This document shows positions 1 through 9,371 of a stretch of 20,822 nucleotides of DNA, one piece after another. The first letter of the stretch is position 1. Every line of letters starts with the position of its first letter. Position numbers and translations under genes: made by a program. Source of the stretch: Fibrobacteria bacterium (lineage in GTDB: Bacteria; Fibrobacterota; Fibrobacteria; UBA11236); the NCBI GenBank assembly GCA_043732185.1, contig JAYTHY010000124.1, forward strand, positions 1 to 20,822, in the 5' to 3' direction. The notes beneath the pieces were generated by a model, which did not search any database, had not been told where the DNA came from, and saw only the letters and a list, made by a program, of their open reading frames with translations.

Positions 1-33
1 TTACATACCCAGTTATAAGGATGCCACTGGCAA
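1..33. repeat. 33-bp terminal direct repeat, left copy (circular-contig overlap)
   Basis: TTACATACCCAGTTATAAGGATGCCACTGGCAA at 1-33 is identical to 20790-20822. Confidence 0.97.
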
Positions 34-2119
34 TAGTTTGCAGAAGGTGAATTATTTTTTCACTGCCAAGCATTCGGATTCGGTGCTTTTAGACGGATCG
101 GCTACGACTAAGCTCGTCGATGAGATGTCTGAGCGCATGATCGAATCGCATATCCTGCCTGATCTGACCTTCGCTTTCGACAAAAGCTTTTTACACCCCA
201 AGCATGCCGACGCACTCAAGAGCATGTGTGCCACGATTAAAACTTGGCGGGAAAAGAATCCGGATGGAAAGTTGACGGTATTCGGACATGCGGATGCAGT
301 GGGCAAAGAAGAATACAATAAGGCCTTATCGGAGCGCCGGGCGAAATCGGTTTTTAGTTTTCTGATGAAGGATACCGGAATTTGGAGTGAATTGGATAAA
401 GAGGAAAAGTGGGATTTGGTTTGTATTCAGGATTTGCTGAGGCATTTAGGGCATGATCCAGGGGCGTCTGATGGGCAGGATGGGCCTAAGACTCAAGGCG
501 CGGTGAAGGAGTTTCAGAAAAAGCAGGGCTTGGTTGAGGATGGCAAAGCTGGGAGCGACACGCGTAAGGCCATGTACCAAAGTTTTATGGATGACTGCAA
601 TTCATTGAGTTTGAAGGCAAAAAACTTTGACGATATCAATGGGAGTCCAATAGCGGGTTGTAGTGAGTTTAATTTGGTGGAAGAAACGAAAGGCGCCTGT
701 GAAGCGAATCGACGAGTAGCGGTGTTGTTATTGAAGTCGAATAAGAATTTTCCGATTCATTATCCTTGTGCTAAGTTGGACGTGAATGCGTGCAAAAGTC
801 AGGTGGGCAGGGAGGGAAAGCGGCGGACGGCTGGGTTTGGGTGCTTTTTTTATGATGGTTTGGTTGTGGAAAAGAAGGGCGGCGGTGGGAAATCCACCGA
901 ACCAATTAGCAACTTACATTGGGATGTAGAGACGGCTCAATGCGGTGATTCGGTAAAGCTCCTTGGAGATTCGACCTTACCAGCGGGTACTGAAGTAAAG
1001 GTGAAACTGGCTACAGAATCCGAAGTATGTGAAGAGACAAAGTGCACAATAACCTCAGGAAAATTCGAACTCATTTGGGTAGTACACAGTGTACATTTCT
1101 CTAATGGCGAGGATGGTAAACCCTTACCGGAAGCAGAAATATTCACAGACCTGGAAATATCAGGTAAAAAGTATGACCCAACTAAAAACTTGAAGGTCAA
1201 AAAAGTGCATGCTGGCAAACCGGAAATTTTTGATCAAAAATTTCAGTGGGGCAAGTACGGAGTTCATTCAAGATTTACCCAGGCGATCGAAGGGAAAACC
1301 CAAAAAATTACTGTAAAAAAGAAAGTCATGAAAACTTGGGGTGCCACATATGTTGACTTAACCAAGGCTGGTGTTAAAGGCGTTGGCGGTGATTTCCCCT
1401 GGGCAGGAATGCGTTGGGCACGATGCAAAAAAAACACGATGGCTCCAGTGGAATACTGGGATAATAAAGAGTGGAAACTTATTCCAACTTCAGCAGGCAT
1501 TGATTCAGGGGATTATGGAACCCTTCCCATCATCAAAACTGGGAATAAAGCCCATTGGGTCAAATCAAAAGATGCGATCTGGCCCGACCCAGTGGAAGAT
1601 TACAAGTGGGAAGATTACGAAAACAAGCGAAATGCATGGATAAACGATTCGAATAAACGTTGGTCCGAAGTCTTCAATATTAGACGCAAAGATTGCAAAG
1701 CCCCTCCAGAAAAATTCTGCTGTAGCTATGAATTTAGCTTAGAATTCACGATGGAAAAAGTTGATGCCTACGGTGAAGATGTTATCTGTCTTTCACCCGG
1801 TCCTTTACGATCCAATGCAGGACTCTTGTTCTATGGTGATGATCGGATTGCCATGGGAGCCCACGAGGTAGGGCATCTTGTGGGTCAACCGGACGAATAC
1901 CCAAAGGGTGCTGTAGATTCTTCCGTGAATGGTGATGGTGCAATAAATGGGTTGGACAATACGACCTTGATGGGTAGTAGCTTGGTCAATGAAAACAATA
2001 ACAAGATCAAAAAGAGGCATTACTCAAATTTTGTTTCAATGGCTCGCAAGCTAATCAAAAATAGTGGTGGAAAAGACGAAGACAGGGTATTAGTAGAAGC
2101 AAAGGTAGCTGGCAAATGA
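1..2119 (+). CDS. 3' part of an ~846-aa OmpA-like / peptidoglycan-binding / HExxH metallopeptidase protein (5' part at 20368-20822)
   Basis: OmpA motifs FAFDKSFL, GHADAVG..YNKALSERRAKSV and NRRV; PG_binding_1-like IQDLLRHLGHDPG..DG.DGPKTQGAVKEFQKKQGL..DG.AG..T; zincin motif AHEVGHLVGQPDEY. The frame is open from position 2 (TAC ATA CCC AGT...), so the TTG at 38 is probably not the real start. Confidence 0.85.
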   Translation, partial: YIPSYKDATGNSLQKVNYFFTAKHSDSVLLDGSATTKLVDEMSERMIESHILPDLTFAFDKSFLHPKHADALKSMCATIKTWREKNPDGKLTVFGHADAVGKEEYNKALSERRAKSVFSFLMKDTGIWSELDKEEKWDLVCIQDLLRHLGHDPGASDGQDGPKTQGAVKEFQKKQGLVEDGKAGSDTRKAMYQSFMDDCNSLSLKAKNFDDINGSPIAGCSEFNLVEETKGACEANRRVAVLLLKSNKNFPIHYPCAKLDVNACKSQVGREGKRRTAGFGCFFYDGLVVEKKGGGGKSTEPISNLHWDVETAQCGDSVKLLGDSTLPAGTEVKVKLATESEVCEETKCTITSGKFELIWVVHSVHFSNGEDGKPLPEAEIFTDLEISGKKYDPTKNLKVKKVHAGKPEIFDQKFQWGKYGVHSRFTQAIEGKTQKITVKKKVMKTWGATYVDLTKAGVKGVGGDFPWAGMRWARCKKNTMAPVEYWDNKEWKLIPTSAGIDSGDYGTLPIIKTGNKAHWVKSKDAIWPDPVEDYKWEDYENKRNAWINDSNKRWSEVFNIRRKDCKAPPEKFCCSYEFSLEFTMEKVDAYGEDVICLSPGPLRSNAGLLFYGDDRIAMGAHEVGHLVGQPDEYPKGAVDSSVNGDGAINGLDNTTLMGSSLVNENNNKIKKRHYSNFVSMARKLIKNSGGKDEDRVLVEAKVAGK

Positions 2120-2994
2120 ATTTCGATCGACTTTCTGAAGCCTATTTTTCTGGAACGTCTGAATCAAAAATGAAATCGAGCATTGAGTACAAGAGCATGT
2201 CTGGAGTAGGAATTGGATCTGGCTTAACCACTCAACAGACGACGCTAACTGTCAAGGGAAATGGCGAATTAGAGTTTTTTCGACGAGGGGACTTCATGGA
2301 AAGGGGCGAGGTTTGGCCAGGGATTTGGCGCGCCTTTTGCCAAAATCACGACATTGACAACGTTTGGGACAAACTTGGAAATTTGGGTCCCGACAGTTTT
2401 CCAGAACGAATGGCTGACCCTGGGGATACGGTTACCAATTTAACCGCATTTTTTCCTAATACAATTGAAAAGCTTGAGTGGGGTCCAAGAGACCATTCCA
2501 CCTCTGCTCCAGGATCTGATTTTCTTGTCGCCTTAGCCCCCTTAATAAATCAAGCTTCCCAGGGGGAATGTCTTTGGGCTGTGGAAATGCAATTCGTCAC
2601 TCTTGAAACCTCTAGCCAAGGCTTTTCGATTACTCTAGTTCTAAAAAATCCAGGCAAACTAACCGTAGGAATAGTGCTTTCTAATCCTGACAATCAAGAT
2701 GGGTTTTTATTCCAATATGCACTGGACAGGGAAGCTCCGGAGGGAATGACGGCCTTACCCCCCGACTGGACTTCGACAATGCTAGACATTCCTAATCGAG
2801 ATTCAGAAATTCTTTGGCCCTTGGATCCAGATAAATCTATTACAGTCAAACTGTATTCGGACCTGAAGCTTGCGCCAAACCAAAAGCTTATCGGAAAGCT
2901 ACGGTTTCAACAGACTCGATACATTGATACCCTTGCGGGAATTCCGATTTTGACCGGAATGTGCTTTTCCGAGATCTTCGAATTCAAATCATAA
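2116..2994 (+). CDS. Hypothetical protein, putative immunity/partner protein (paralog 1)
   Basis: 292-aa ORF with an ATGA overlap on the upstream stop; motif-level similarity to 3024..4001; no recognisable family. Confidence 0.75.
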   Translation: MNFDRLSEAYFSGTSESKMKSSIEYKSMSGVGIGSGLTTQQTTLTVKGNGELEFFRRGDFMERGEVWPGIWRAFCQNHDIDNVWDKLGNLGPDSFPERMADPGDTVTNLTAFFPNTIEKLEWGPRDHSTSAPGSDFLVALAPLINQASQGECLWAVEMQFVTLETSSQGFSITLVLKNPGKLTVGIVLSNPDNQDGFLFQYALDREAPEGMTALPPDWTSTMLDIPNRDSEILWPLDPDKSITVKLYSDLKLAPNQKLIGKLRFQQTRYIDTLAGIPILTGMCFSEIFEFKS

Positions 2995-3023
2995 TTTTTT
3001 AAAGTTTTAAAAAAAGGTAAGGC

Positions 3024-4001
3024 ATGAATCATTGGTTCTCTAGGTGTATTTGGCTTGCAACAATCCTCCTTTTAGTGTTTAGCCTGGATTGCCTAGCCAC
3101 GCGAGATCTTGAGCTCAAGAAATTGAAAGAGTTAGCGCTTTCGCTCTTGAAAAAAAAGGATTTTGGCGCTACTACCGCCCGTTGTGAATACACAACGGCA
3201 CGGAATACGAATGAATGCTCTGGTCCAGAAAAGCTTGAGTCCAAAATCATCGTCCAACCGAATGGTTCAGTGAAATGGAGTCGATTTAGATCCTGGTCTG
3301 AAAGCCATGACACCGGCCCTGGTGAGTTTCAAGGAAATTTTCAAACTGAAAAATGGAAAGCTCTCCTTATAGCAATTTCAGAAATGTCATGGGACGAAAC
3401 TTCGGACGAGATGGGTCCACCATTGTCCATGCCTGGGCCGTCAGAAACAATCCGGGAAATTATTTTAATTGATGGCAATCGAAAAGCAAAGTATGCCATT
3501 GCTGGACAGGCCCCTCGCGCAATTTCATTAGGCTTGGCACAGCCTGGAATGTTAGCTCAATACGCAACTGACACGCTCTGGTATCTATCGCTCAATGCTC
3601 TGAAGCCAAAGATTTCAAAGGGGATCATGGATATTGGCGTCAATTGGACGATAGCAGGAAAGAGTTCAGTTCGCATTTCTATTGCGTCAAATGTTGAGAA
3701 CTCTTCATGTGGAGGCTCTACCTTGGCGTGGTTTTATGACCGATCGGAAAAATCGGGTGAGACTGCAGAGCCGGGTGAAACGGAATCCATCCTATCCCAA
3801 AAACTTTCTGAAAGGGACAAATCATGGAAGACGATTGATTCCAAGACACCGATCCAATTCCAACTCCAGTTTATCCTTCCAAGTAATCCACAAAAAAAAC
3901 CAAGGACAGGAAAACTCATTCAGTTTGGAATACTTGTAAAAACGGCCAGTGCAACTTCTGTCTTTCCGGTGTCGCTTTATTCTGATTTCATTTCGTTTTA
4001 A
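3024..4001 (+). CDS. Exported hypothetical protein, putative immunity/partner protein (paralog 2)
   Basis: 325-aa ORF, AAGGTAAGG upstream of the ATG, hydrophobic N-terminal signal-like segment (WLATILLLVFSLDCLA). Confidence 0.75.
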   Translation: MNHWFSRCIWLATILLLVFSLDCLATRDLELKKLKELALSLLKKKDFGATTARCEYTTARNTNECSGPEKLESKIIVQPNGSVKWSRFRSWSESHDTGPGEFQGNFQTEKWKALLIAISEMSWDETSDEMGPPLSMPGPSETIREIILIDGNRKAKYAIAGQAPRAISLGLAQPGMLAQYATDTLWYLSLNALKPKISKGIMDIGVNWTIAGKSSVRISIASNVENSSCGGSTLAWFYDRSEKSGETAEPGETESILSQKLSERDKSWKTIDSKTPIQFQLQFILPSNPQKKPRTGKLIQFGILVKTASATSVFPVSLYSDFISF

Positions 4002-4016
4002 AACTCATTCAGTTTG
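3911..4016. repeat. 17-bp direct repeat AAAACTCATTCAGTTTG (3911-3927 and 4000-4016)
   Basis: Exact match read directly from the sequence; the second copy overlaps the stop codon of 3024..4001. Confidence 0.85.
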
Positions 4017-4030
4017 CGGACATTTCGACT

Positions 4031-4768
4031 TCAATACCGCCAATCCTCATATCCAAGGGGCTGCGAATTAAGCTCCTGTCGATACAACCGCCACTTCGGC
4101 ATTTTCTTATCCATCACCGCCACAAACCGCGCATTATGCCGCCGCTCAATCAAATGAACGAGTTCATGCACAATCAAATACTCCAAGGACTGCGCTGGTT
4201 TCTTCGCCAATTCCAGATTAAGCCAAATCCGACAAGCCGAAGTATTGCAAGAGCCCCATTTCGTCTTCATCTTACGAATGCCCCATTCAGCGAGCTTCAC
4301 ACCCAATACCCGCTCCCATTTTTTCACTAAAAGGGGAATAGTCGCCTTTAACTGATCTCGATACCATTCCTGGAGCAAATGTTCTCGTTGCGCAACGGTA
4401 CTCCCAGCGGCAACCCGCATTAATATCGTAGAGCGATTCTTGAGAGTAACCGAAGCTCCTTTTTCCACTTCCACCACACGCAGTCGATGAGCACGGCCTT
4501 GAAAATAGTGCGTCTCACCGCTAACCATTTCACGCGCGGATTGACGGGGCTGGGCGGCGAACTGTTTTTTCTGGCGTTTGATCCAGCCGAGTTTATGAAT
4601 TACTGCCAAACGAATTGCCGAATCGCTGACTGACAAGGGTGCAGCCACGCGCACGCGACCCAAGGGTGGATATACGCCAAGGTGCAGATTTTTAATGTCC
4701 TTGCGGATGATTTGGACAGGAAATCCGCTGACCGTAATTTTATGCGGCTCAGTATTCTCAGTACTCAT
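4031..4768 (-). CDS. M48/YgjP (DUF45) family metal-dependent hydrolase associated with type I RM
   Basis: IRKMKTKWGSC and YLIVHELVHL..RHN.RF motifs; typical position overlapping the 3' end of hsdR. Confidence 0.93.
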   Translation of the reverse strand: MSTENTEPHKITVSGFPVQIIRKDIKNLHLGVYPPLGRVRVAAPLSVSDSAIRLAVIHKLGWIKRQKKQFAAQPRQSAREMVSGETHYFQGRAHRLRVVEVEKGASVTLKNRSTILMRVAAGSTVAQREHLLQEWYRDQLKATIPLLVKKWERVLGVKLAEWGIRKMKTKWGSCNTSACRIWLNLELAKKPAQSLEYLIVHELVHLIERRHNARFVAVMDKKMPKWRLYRQELNSQPLGYEDWRY

Positions 4769-7700
4769 TCTGGTTTTTCACCAATTCGAGAATTTTATTG
4801 GTAAGTACTTCTAAATCTTCGGCCAAATAGCCGTCATTGTCTTCGCCGAAATAACTTGTGCCTCCTGCACCTGCGGTTGCTCCTTGTTCACGAAAATTCT
4901 GAATGGCCGTTTTGATTAAAAGCCTGGTGGCCCGAATCTTAATGGCCGAGTTTTTCCAATCATCCTGCAAGTTTCCGCGAATGGCATTGTCGACGGCTAA
5001 GGCCAGGGCTTCATTCTGGAACAAGTTGTCAAACAGGGCTTTCTTGGCAGGGGAGTTCAAAGACTTGGGGTAGTCCGAAGCATTAGGACCGCCCTTGACT
5101 TGAAGTGTCAAAGTCACGATTTTTTCCAAGTATTTTTTATAGTCCAGAGCTCCCTTTTTGCGCTCCTGGATTAATGCGTCCAAGAGTTGGGACATCTTTT
5201 CATAGTACTTGGGATTGATGGGGTTTTCATCCAGAATTAATTTGCGGACATTGTTTTCAATGGTTTCGGCAACGGCCTGCTCACTTTTTTGAATGCCTTC
5301 CGGCAAAGCTTCGATAGCCTTGGCACCACGCTCTACTATCAACTGAATGAGTGACATATCCTCAAAAGCGGAAACTTTGACGCTATCTTCGGCCCGGATA
5401 TACGTGTCGATGAGATGTCGCATGGCAGGCTCGTATTGCTTAAGGTCGATGGCATCGCCGCTATGCATTTTGATTTGGGTTCGGAGGTTTTCGAAGTAAA
5501 TGACTTCTGCTTTGATGGCGGCCGCTTCGGTTTCGGAGAAGCCGGCCTCGGTCATTTCGTTGGCGATATTGGCATAAGCGCGAATTAAGGATGCGGTGTG
5601 CGTATACAGGGCAAGCCGTTGGGGTTCATTGGCGGCAAGCTGTTCCGCATTGCCATGATCTTTGGCCGAGAAATAATGGTAGAACGCAGCTTCGTCTTTG
5701 GGCGGTTCCACGGATTCGCACAGGGCGCGCATCGATTCGAGACAGGTTTCTAATTTTTCGCGGGCTTTTTCCAAACGATCTTCCAATAAACCGGCCACGT
5801 CTTCTTTGTCAAAACCGTCGAGAGCTTCGGAAGCATAGTCGTTGACGGCGCCTTCCAACTTTTTGAACAGGTCTTTATAGTCGACGATATAGCCATAGTC
5901 TTTATCGTCCCCGTCCAGGCGGTTGACGCGGCAGATGGCTTGGAAAAGACCGTGGTCGCGCATTTGTTTGTCGATATAGAGATAGGTGGCTGGAGGCGCG
6001 TCGAAACCGGTGAGGAGTTTATCGACCACGATGAGCAGCTTCATTTGGCCGGGTTCGTTGATGAACTTTTTTTTGACGGCCTTTTCAAATTCTTCGGCGC
6101 GATTGACGGCTGTTTCGGCGGGCTCGTTGAACCAATCGGCCAGCATTTGGCGATAGATTTCGTATTTGTCTTGTTTGTCCGTGACGCCTTCACCGGTTTC
6201 TTCGCCTTTGATATCGGCGGCGGCGGGCGTATAGGAGGTTACAATGGCGCATTTGCCTTTGAGCTCGGTTTTGGAAAACAGTTCGTAGAACTTGCAGGCC
6301 TCGTAGATGCTGCCGGAAACGAGCATGGCATTGCCATGTCCGCTGCTTAACCTGTCCTTGGTGGTCAAGTCCATGAGAATGTCGGCGACGATTTTACTGA
6401 GTCGTGATTGGCTGGATAAGACCCGTTGCAGGGTCCCCCACTTTTGTTTGAGCAGCGCCTTGGCAATAGGCGTCAAACCCTTGGTCTTGCCTTCGAACCA
6501 TTGATCGATTTTATCCTGCGAGGTGATATTCTGATCGATATCGCGAGCCTCGTAGCGCAAGTCCAGGATCACGCCGTCGCGAACCGCCTCATCGAATTTA
6601 TAGGTATGAATATAGGTGCCGAAAACTTCTACGCTTTTTTGCTTGTCGGCTTTTAAGAGTGGTGTCCCCGTAAATCCGATGAACATGGCATTGGGTAAAA
6701 TGGCTTTCATGGCCCGATTGAGGTCACCGCTTTGAGTACGATGGCATTCGTCCACGAAGACATACAGGTCGCCTTTGGCCGAAAAGCCATGCGGCAATTT
6801 CTGTATGGCATTAAGAAATTCAGACGTGTCATCAGACTTACCCTTAATGCTACCCTTGCTATTCCTGGAGTCGTCATCCTCCTTGCCGCCAAACTTATGC
6901 ACCAAGGAGCAGAGCAGCCATTTTTCATTGGCATTCAGCTTGGCGATGAGGTCGCTGCCGTTTTTAGTACGATAAATGGCTTCTTCCACACCGAAGAATA
7001 CCTTTTCGATTTGGTCATCCAACTCAGTTCGATCGGTAATGATCAGTACGCGGGAATCGGTGACATTTTCACGAATCCATTTGGCCAGCCACACCATGAT
7101 AAGGCTTTTTCCAGATCCCTGGGTATTCCAGATGATACCCCCTTCACGCTTGCGAATGCGGACCTGCGAGCACTTTACGGCAAAGTACTGGTTTTGCCGA
7201 CACAGTTTTTTGATGCCCGCATCGTAGACGATAAAGTCGTGGAAGATTTCCAGTAGGCGCGGTTTGGCGCAGATTTGCAACAGAGCCCGATCGAGGCGAT
7301 TTTCAACCAGGCTGTCTTCTTTCCAATCCAGCCAATATTTTTCCTTGGTTTCGATACTTGCATAACGCAGACCTTCGGTATCATTGCCGGCCATAAGGAT
7401 TTGGATGGTCGAGAAAAAGGGCTCGATGAATTCCTTTTTCTGATTGTCCAAGTTTTGCCGAATCCCCTCCGAAACGGAAACGGTGGAACGCTTAAGCTCC
7501 AGCACTCCCAAGGCAATGCCATTTACATAAAGCACGATGTCCGGACGCTTGGTATAAGCCTTGGCATTGGAGGCGAGGATAGTGACTTCTTCTGCGATGG
7601 CAAAATGATTTTTTTCAGGATGGTCCCAATCAATGAGAAAAACCGTTTGTTTGTTTACGCCGATTTCTGGGCGAACTTCAATGCCATAACGTAGCAGTCC

Positions 7701-7955
7701 GTAAACGGCGCGGTTACGGTCATAGATGGATTTGCCGGTATCGCCTACGGCCTTTTCGAAAATGTAGAGGGCACGGGATATCAAGTCTTCCGCATGGCCT
7801 TGTTTGCGAAGCCAGGTGCGGAGAAGCTCGACCTCCAAATTGGCATTGCCGGATCGGTCTTTCCAATCGCCCAGGTATTGATAGTCTAAGGATTCTTGGA
7901 ATAGCTTGACCACGCGGTCTTGGGTCTTCTTTTCGTTTTGGCCGATGGGACTCAT
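4758..7955 (-). CDS. hsdR: Type I restriction enzyme, restriction subunit R
   Basis: 1065 aa; nuclease motif RPDIVLYVNGIALGVLELK, Walker A TQGSGKS, DECHR, FTGTP, LLTGFDAP, QAICRVNR. Confidence 0.97.
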   Translation of the reverse strand: MSPIGQNEKKTQDRVVKLFQESLDYQYLGDWKDRSGNANLEVELLRTWLRKQGHAEDLISRALYIFEKAVGDTGKSIYDRNRAVYGLLRYGIEVRPEIGVNKQTVFLIDWDHPEKNHFAIAEEVTILASNAKAYTKRPDIVLYVNGIALGVLELKRSTVSVSEGIRQNLDNQKKEFIEPFFSTIQILMAGNDTEGLRYASIETKEKYWLDWKEDSLVENRLDRALLQICAKPRLLEIFHDFIVYDAGIKKLCRQNQYFAVKCSQVRIRKREGGIIWNTQGSGKSLIMVWLAKWIRENVTDSRVLIITDRTELDDQIEKVFFGVEEAIYRTKNGSDLIAKLNANEKWLLCSLVHKFGGKEDDDSRNSKGSIKGKSDDTSEFLNAIQKLPHGFSAKGDLYVFVDECHRTQSGDLNRAMKAILPNAMFIGFTGTPLLKADKQKSVEVFGTYIHTYKFDEAVRDGVILDLRYEARDIDQNITSQDKIDQWFEGKTKGLTPIAKALLKQKWGTLQRVLSSQSRLSKIVADILMDLTTKDRLSSGHGNAMLVSGSIYEACKFYELFSKTELKGKCAIVTSYTPAAADIKGEETGEGVTDKQDKYEIYRQMLADWFNEPAETAVNRAEEFEKAVKKKFINEPGQMKLLIVVDKLLTGFDAPPATYLYIDKQMRDHGLFQAICRVNRLDGDDKDYGYIVDYKDLFKKLEGAVNDYASEALDGFDKEDVAGLLEDRLEKAREKLETCLESMRALCESVEPPKDEAAFYHYFSAKDHGNAEQLAANEPQRLALYTHTASLIRAYANIANEMTEAGFSETEAAAIKAEVIYFENLRTQIKMHSGDAIDLKQYEPAMRHLIDTYIRAEDSVKVSAFEDMSLIQLIVERGAKAIEALPEGIQKSEQAVAETIENNVRKLILDENPINPKYYEKMSQLLDALIQERKKGALDYKKYLEKIVTLTLQVKGGPNASDYPKSLNSPAKKALFDNLFQNEALALAVDNAIRGNLQDDWKNSAIKIRATRLLIKTAIQNFREQGATAGAGGTSYFGEDNDGYLAEDLEVLTNKILELVKNQNEY

Positions 7956-9097
7956 GGGACCATCTCTCTTTCAAATAGGGCAATGTATCTTTGGAAAGCG
8001 AAAATTCGATTGCGTTTGAACCCGGTGGTTTCCTTGAGGATTCCCAGCCGCATCAAATCCTCTAATAGCCGCATAGAGGTGGAAATACTAATGGAGAAGG
8101 CTTCGACCAAATCGTGAGCATCCACAATGGGCTTGCTGAAAAGCAGATGCAACGCGTTTTGTCCAAGCGAGGTCTTTTTGCCCAAGGTTAGGAGGACTCG
8201 CTCGCATTCTTCTCGTAGGGCAATAATGGAGCGAAAAGTCTGAATCGAGTTTTCCGATGTTTGCCTAATTCCCTCCAAAAAGAATTTGAGCCACTGGGTC
8301 AGATCGCTATGTGTCCTTACCCTCATGAGATGGTCATAATAGAGTGATTTATGCTGCTCGAAAAACGCAGACAGGTAAAGGGAAGGCTTGGACAATAATC
8401 CGCTCTCCACCAAGTAAAGTGGTATTAGCAGACGTCCGATTCTCCCGTTCCCATCCAAAAAGGGATGGATAGTCTCGAATTGGTAATGGCCAATTGCGAT
8501 TTTGATCAGCTCAGGCACCGGATGGTTTTGATCATTGAGAAATTTTTCCAGATCGGACATGAGCCCAGGAACCTCATCCTGATGCGGAGGTATAAATGTC
8601 GCATCCTTCAGGGACGCACCCCCGATCCAATTTTGACTGCTACGGAACTCACCTGGCAACTTATGGGCTCCTCGCACGCCTTGCATCAGTGTCCGGTGCG
8701 TGTCCTTCAATAATCGGCCCGAGAGTGGCAGGCCTTCCAATGCCTCCATGGTCTGATTCATGGCCTGGATATAATTTTGAACTTCTTCCCAATCATTGCG
8801 TTTCTCGGGATCGATGTTTTCAATTTTCTGCAAGACATCTTCAATATTGGTTTGCGTGCCTTCGATGCGACTACTCGTCGTAGCCTCTTTGCTGACATGC
8901 ATGCGGATGAAAAAATCGACATCCGGCACCAGTTGGGAGAAGGCATTCAGTTCCCCAAGCTTTCGATCGGCTTGACTGAGCAAAACCCCCACTTCGCCAT
9001 CGCTCAAATTCCAGGCATGATTGACTGGGGCCGGCTGGAAACTCCGGTACTGGTAATGCTCGCGGTATTCGCCAGACCGGAACTCTTTGATTTCCAT
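7952..9097 (-). CDS. Fic family protein with N-terminal inhibitory helix (class II-like)
   Basis: Canonical HPFLDGNGRIGR; SSRIEG (S/T)xxxE(G/N)-type motif; probable start ATG 9097 after AGAGGGA; stop overlaps hsdR start (ATGA). Confidence 0.93.
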   Translation of the reverse strand: MEIKEFRSGEYREHYQYRSFQPAPVNHAWNLSDGEVGVLLSQADRKLGELNAFSQLVPDVDFFIRMHVSKEATTSSRIEGTQTNIEDVLQKIENIDPEKRNDWEEVQNYIQAMNQTMEALEGLPLSGRLLKDTHRTLMQGVRGAHKLPGEFRSSQNWIGGASLKDATFIPPHQDEVPGLMSDLEKFLNDQNHPVPELIKIAIGHYQFETIHPFLDGNGRIGRLLIPLYLVESGLLSKPSLYLSAFFEQHKSLYYDHLMRVRTHSDLTQWLKFFLEGIRQTSENSIQTFRSIIALREECERVLLTLGKKTSLGQNALHLLFSKPIVDAHDLVEAFSISISTSMRLLEDLMRLGILKETTGFKRNRIFAFQRYIALFEREMVP

Positions 9098-9371
9098 CAG
9101 TCCCTCTATCCTACACTTGCTGCGCATATAATTTACCATATTCGCAGGAAATTGAGTTGGTGATAATATAGGAATCTATATTTTCAGATCGCGCTGGTGC
9201 GAGAATTCACTAAAAATGGGCAATTTGAATGAAATTTGGCTTTAGCCAAGGAATGCCTCCAGATACGGGTCGATGGTTTTGGCCACTCCCCGTTGTTCCG
9301 CGAATTTCCGAATCTCGGTTGGCTTCGCCTGATTGGAACCGATTATCCTTTAGCCACGAATCGAATATTGG

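Noticed and set aside
1..33. Terminal repeat as attL/attR or a phage terminal repeat
   Set aside because: Lies mid-gene, exactly at both sequence ends, with no integrase, tRNA or phage gene; better explained as an assembly overlap.
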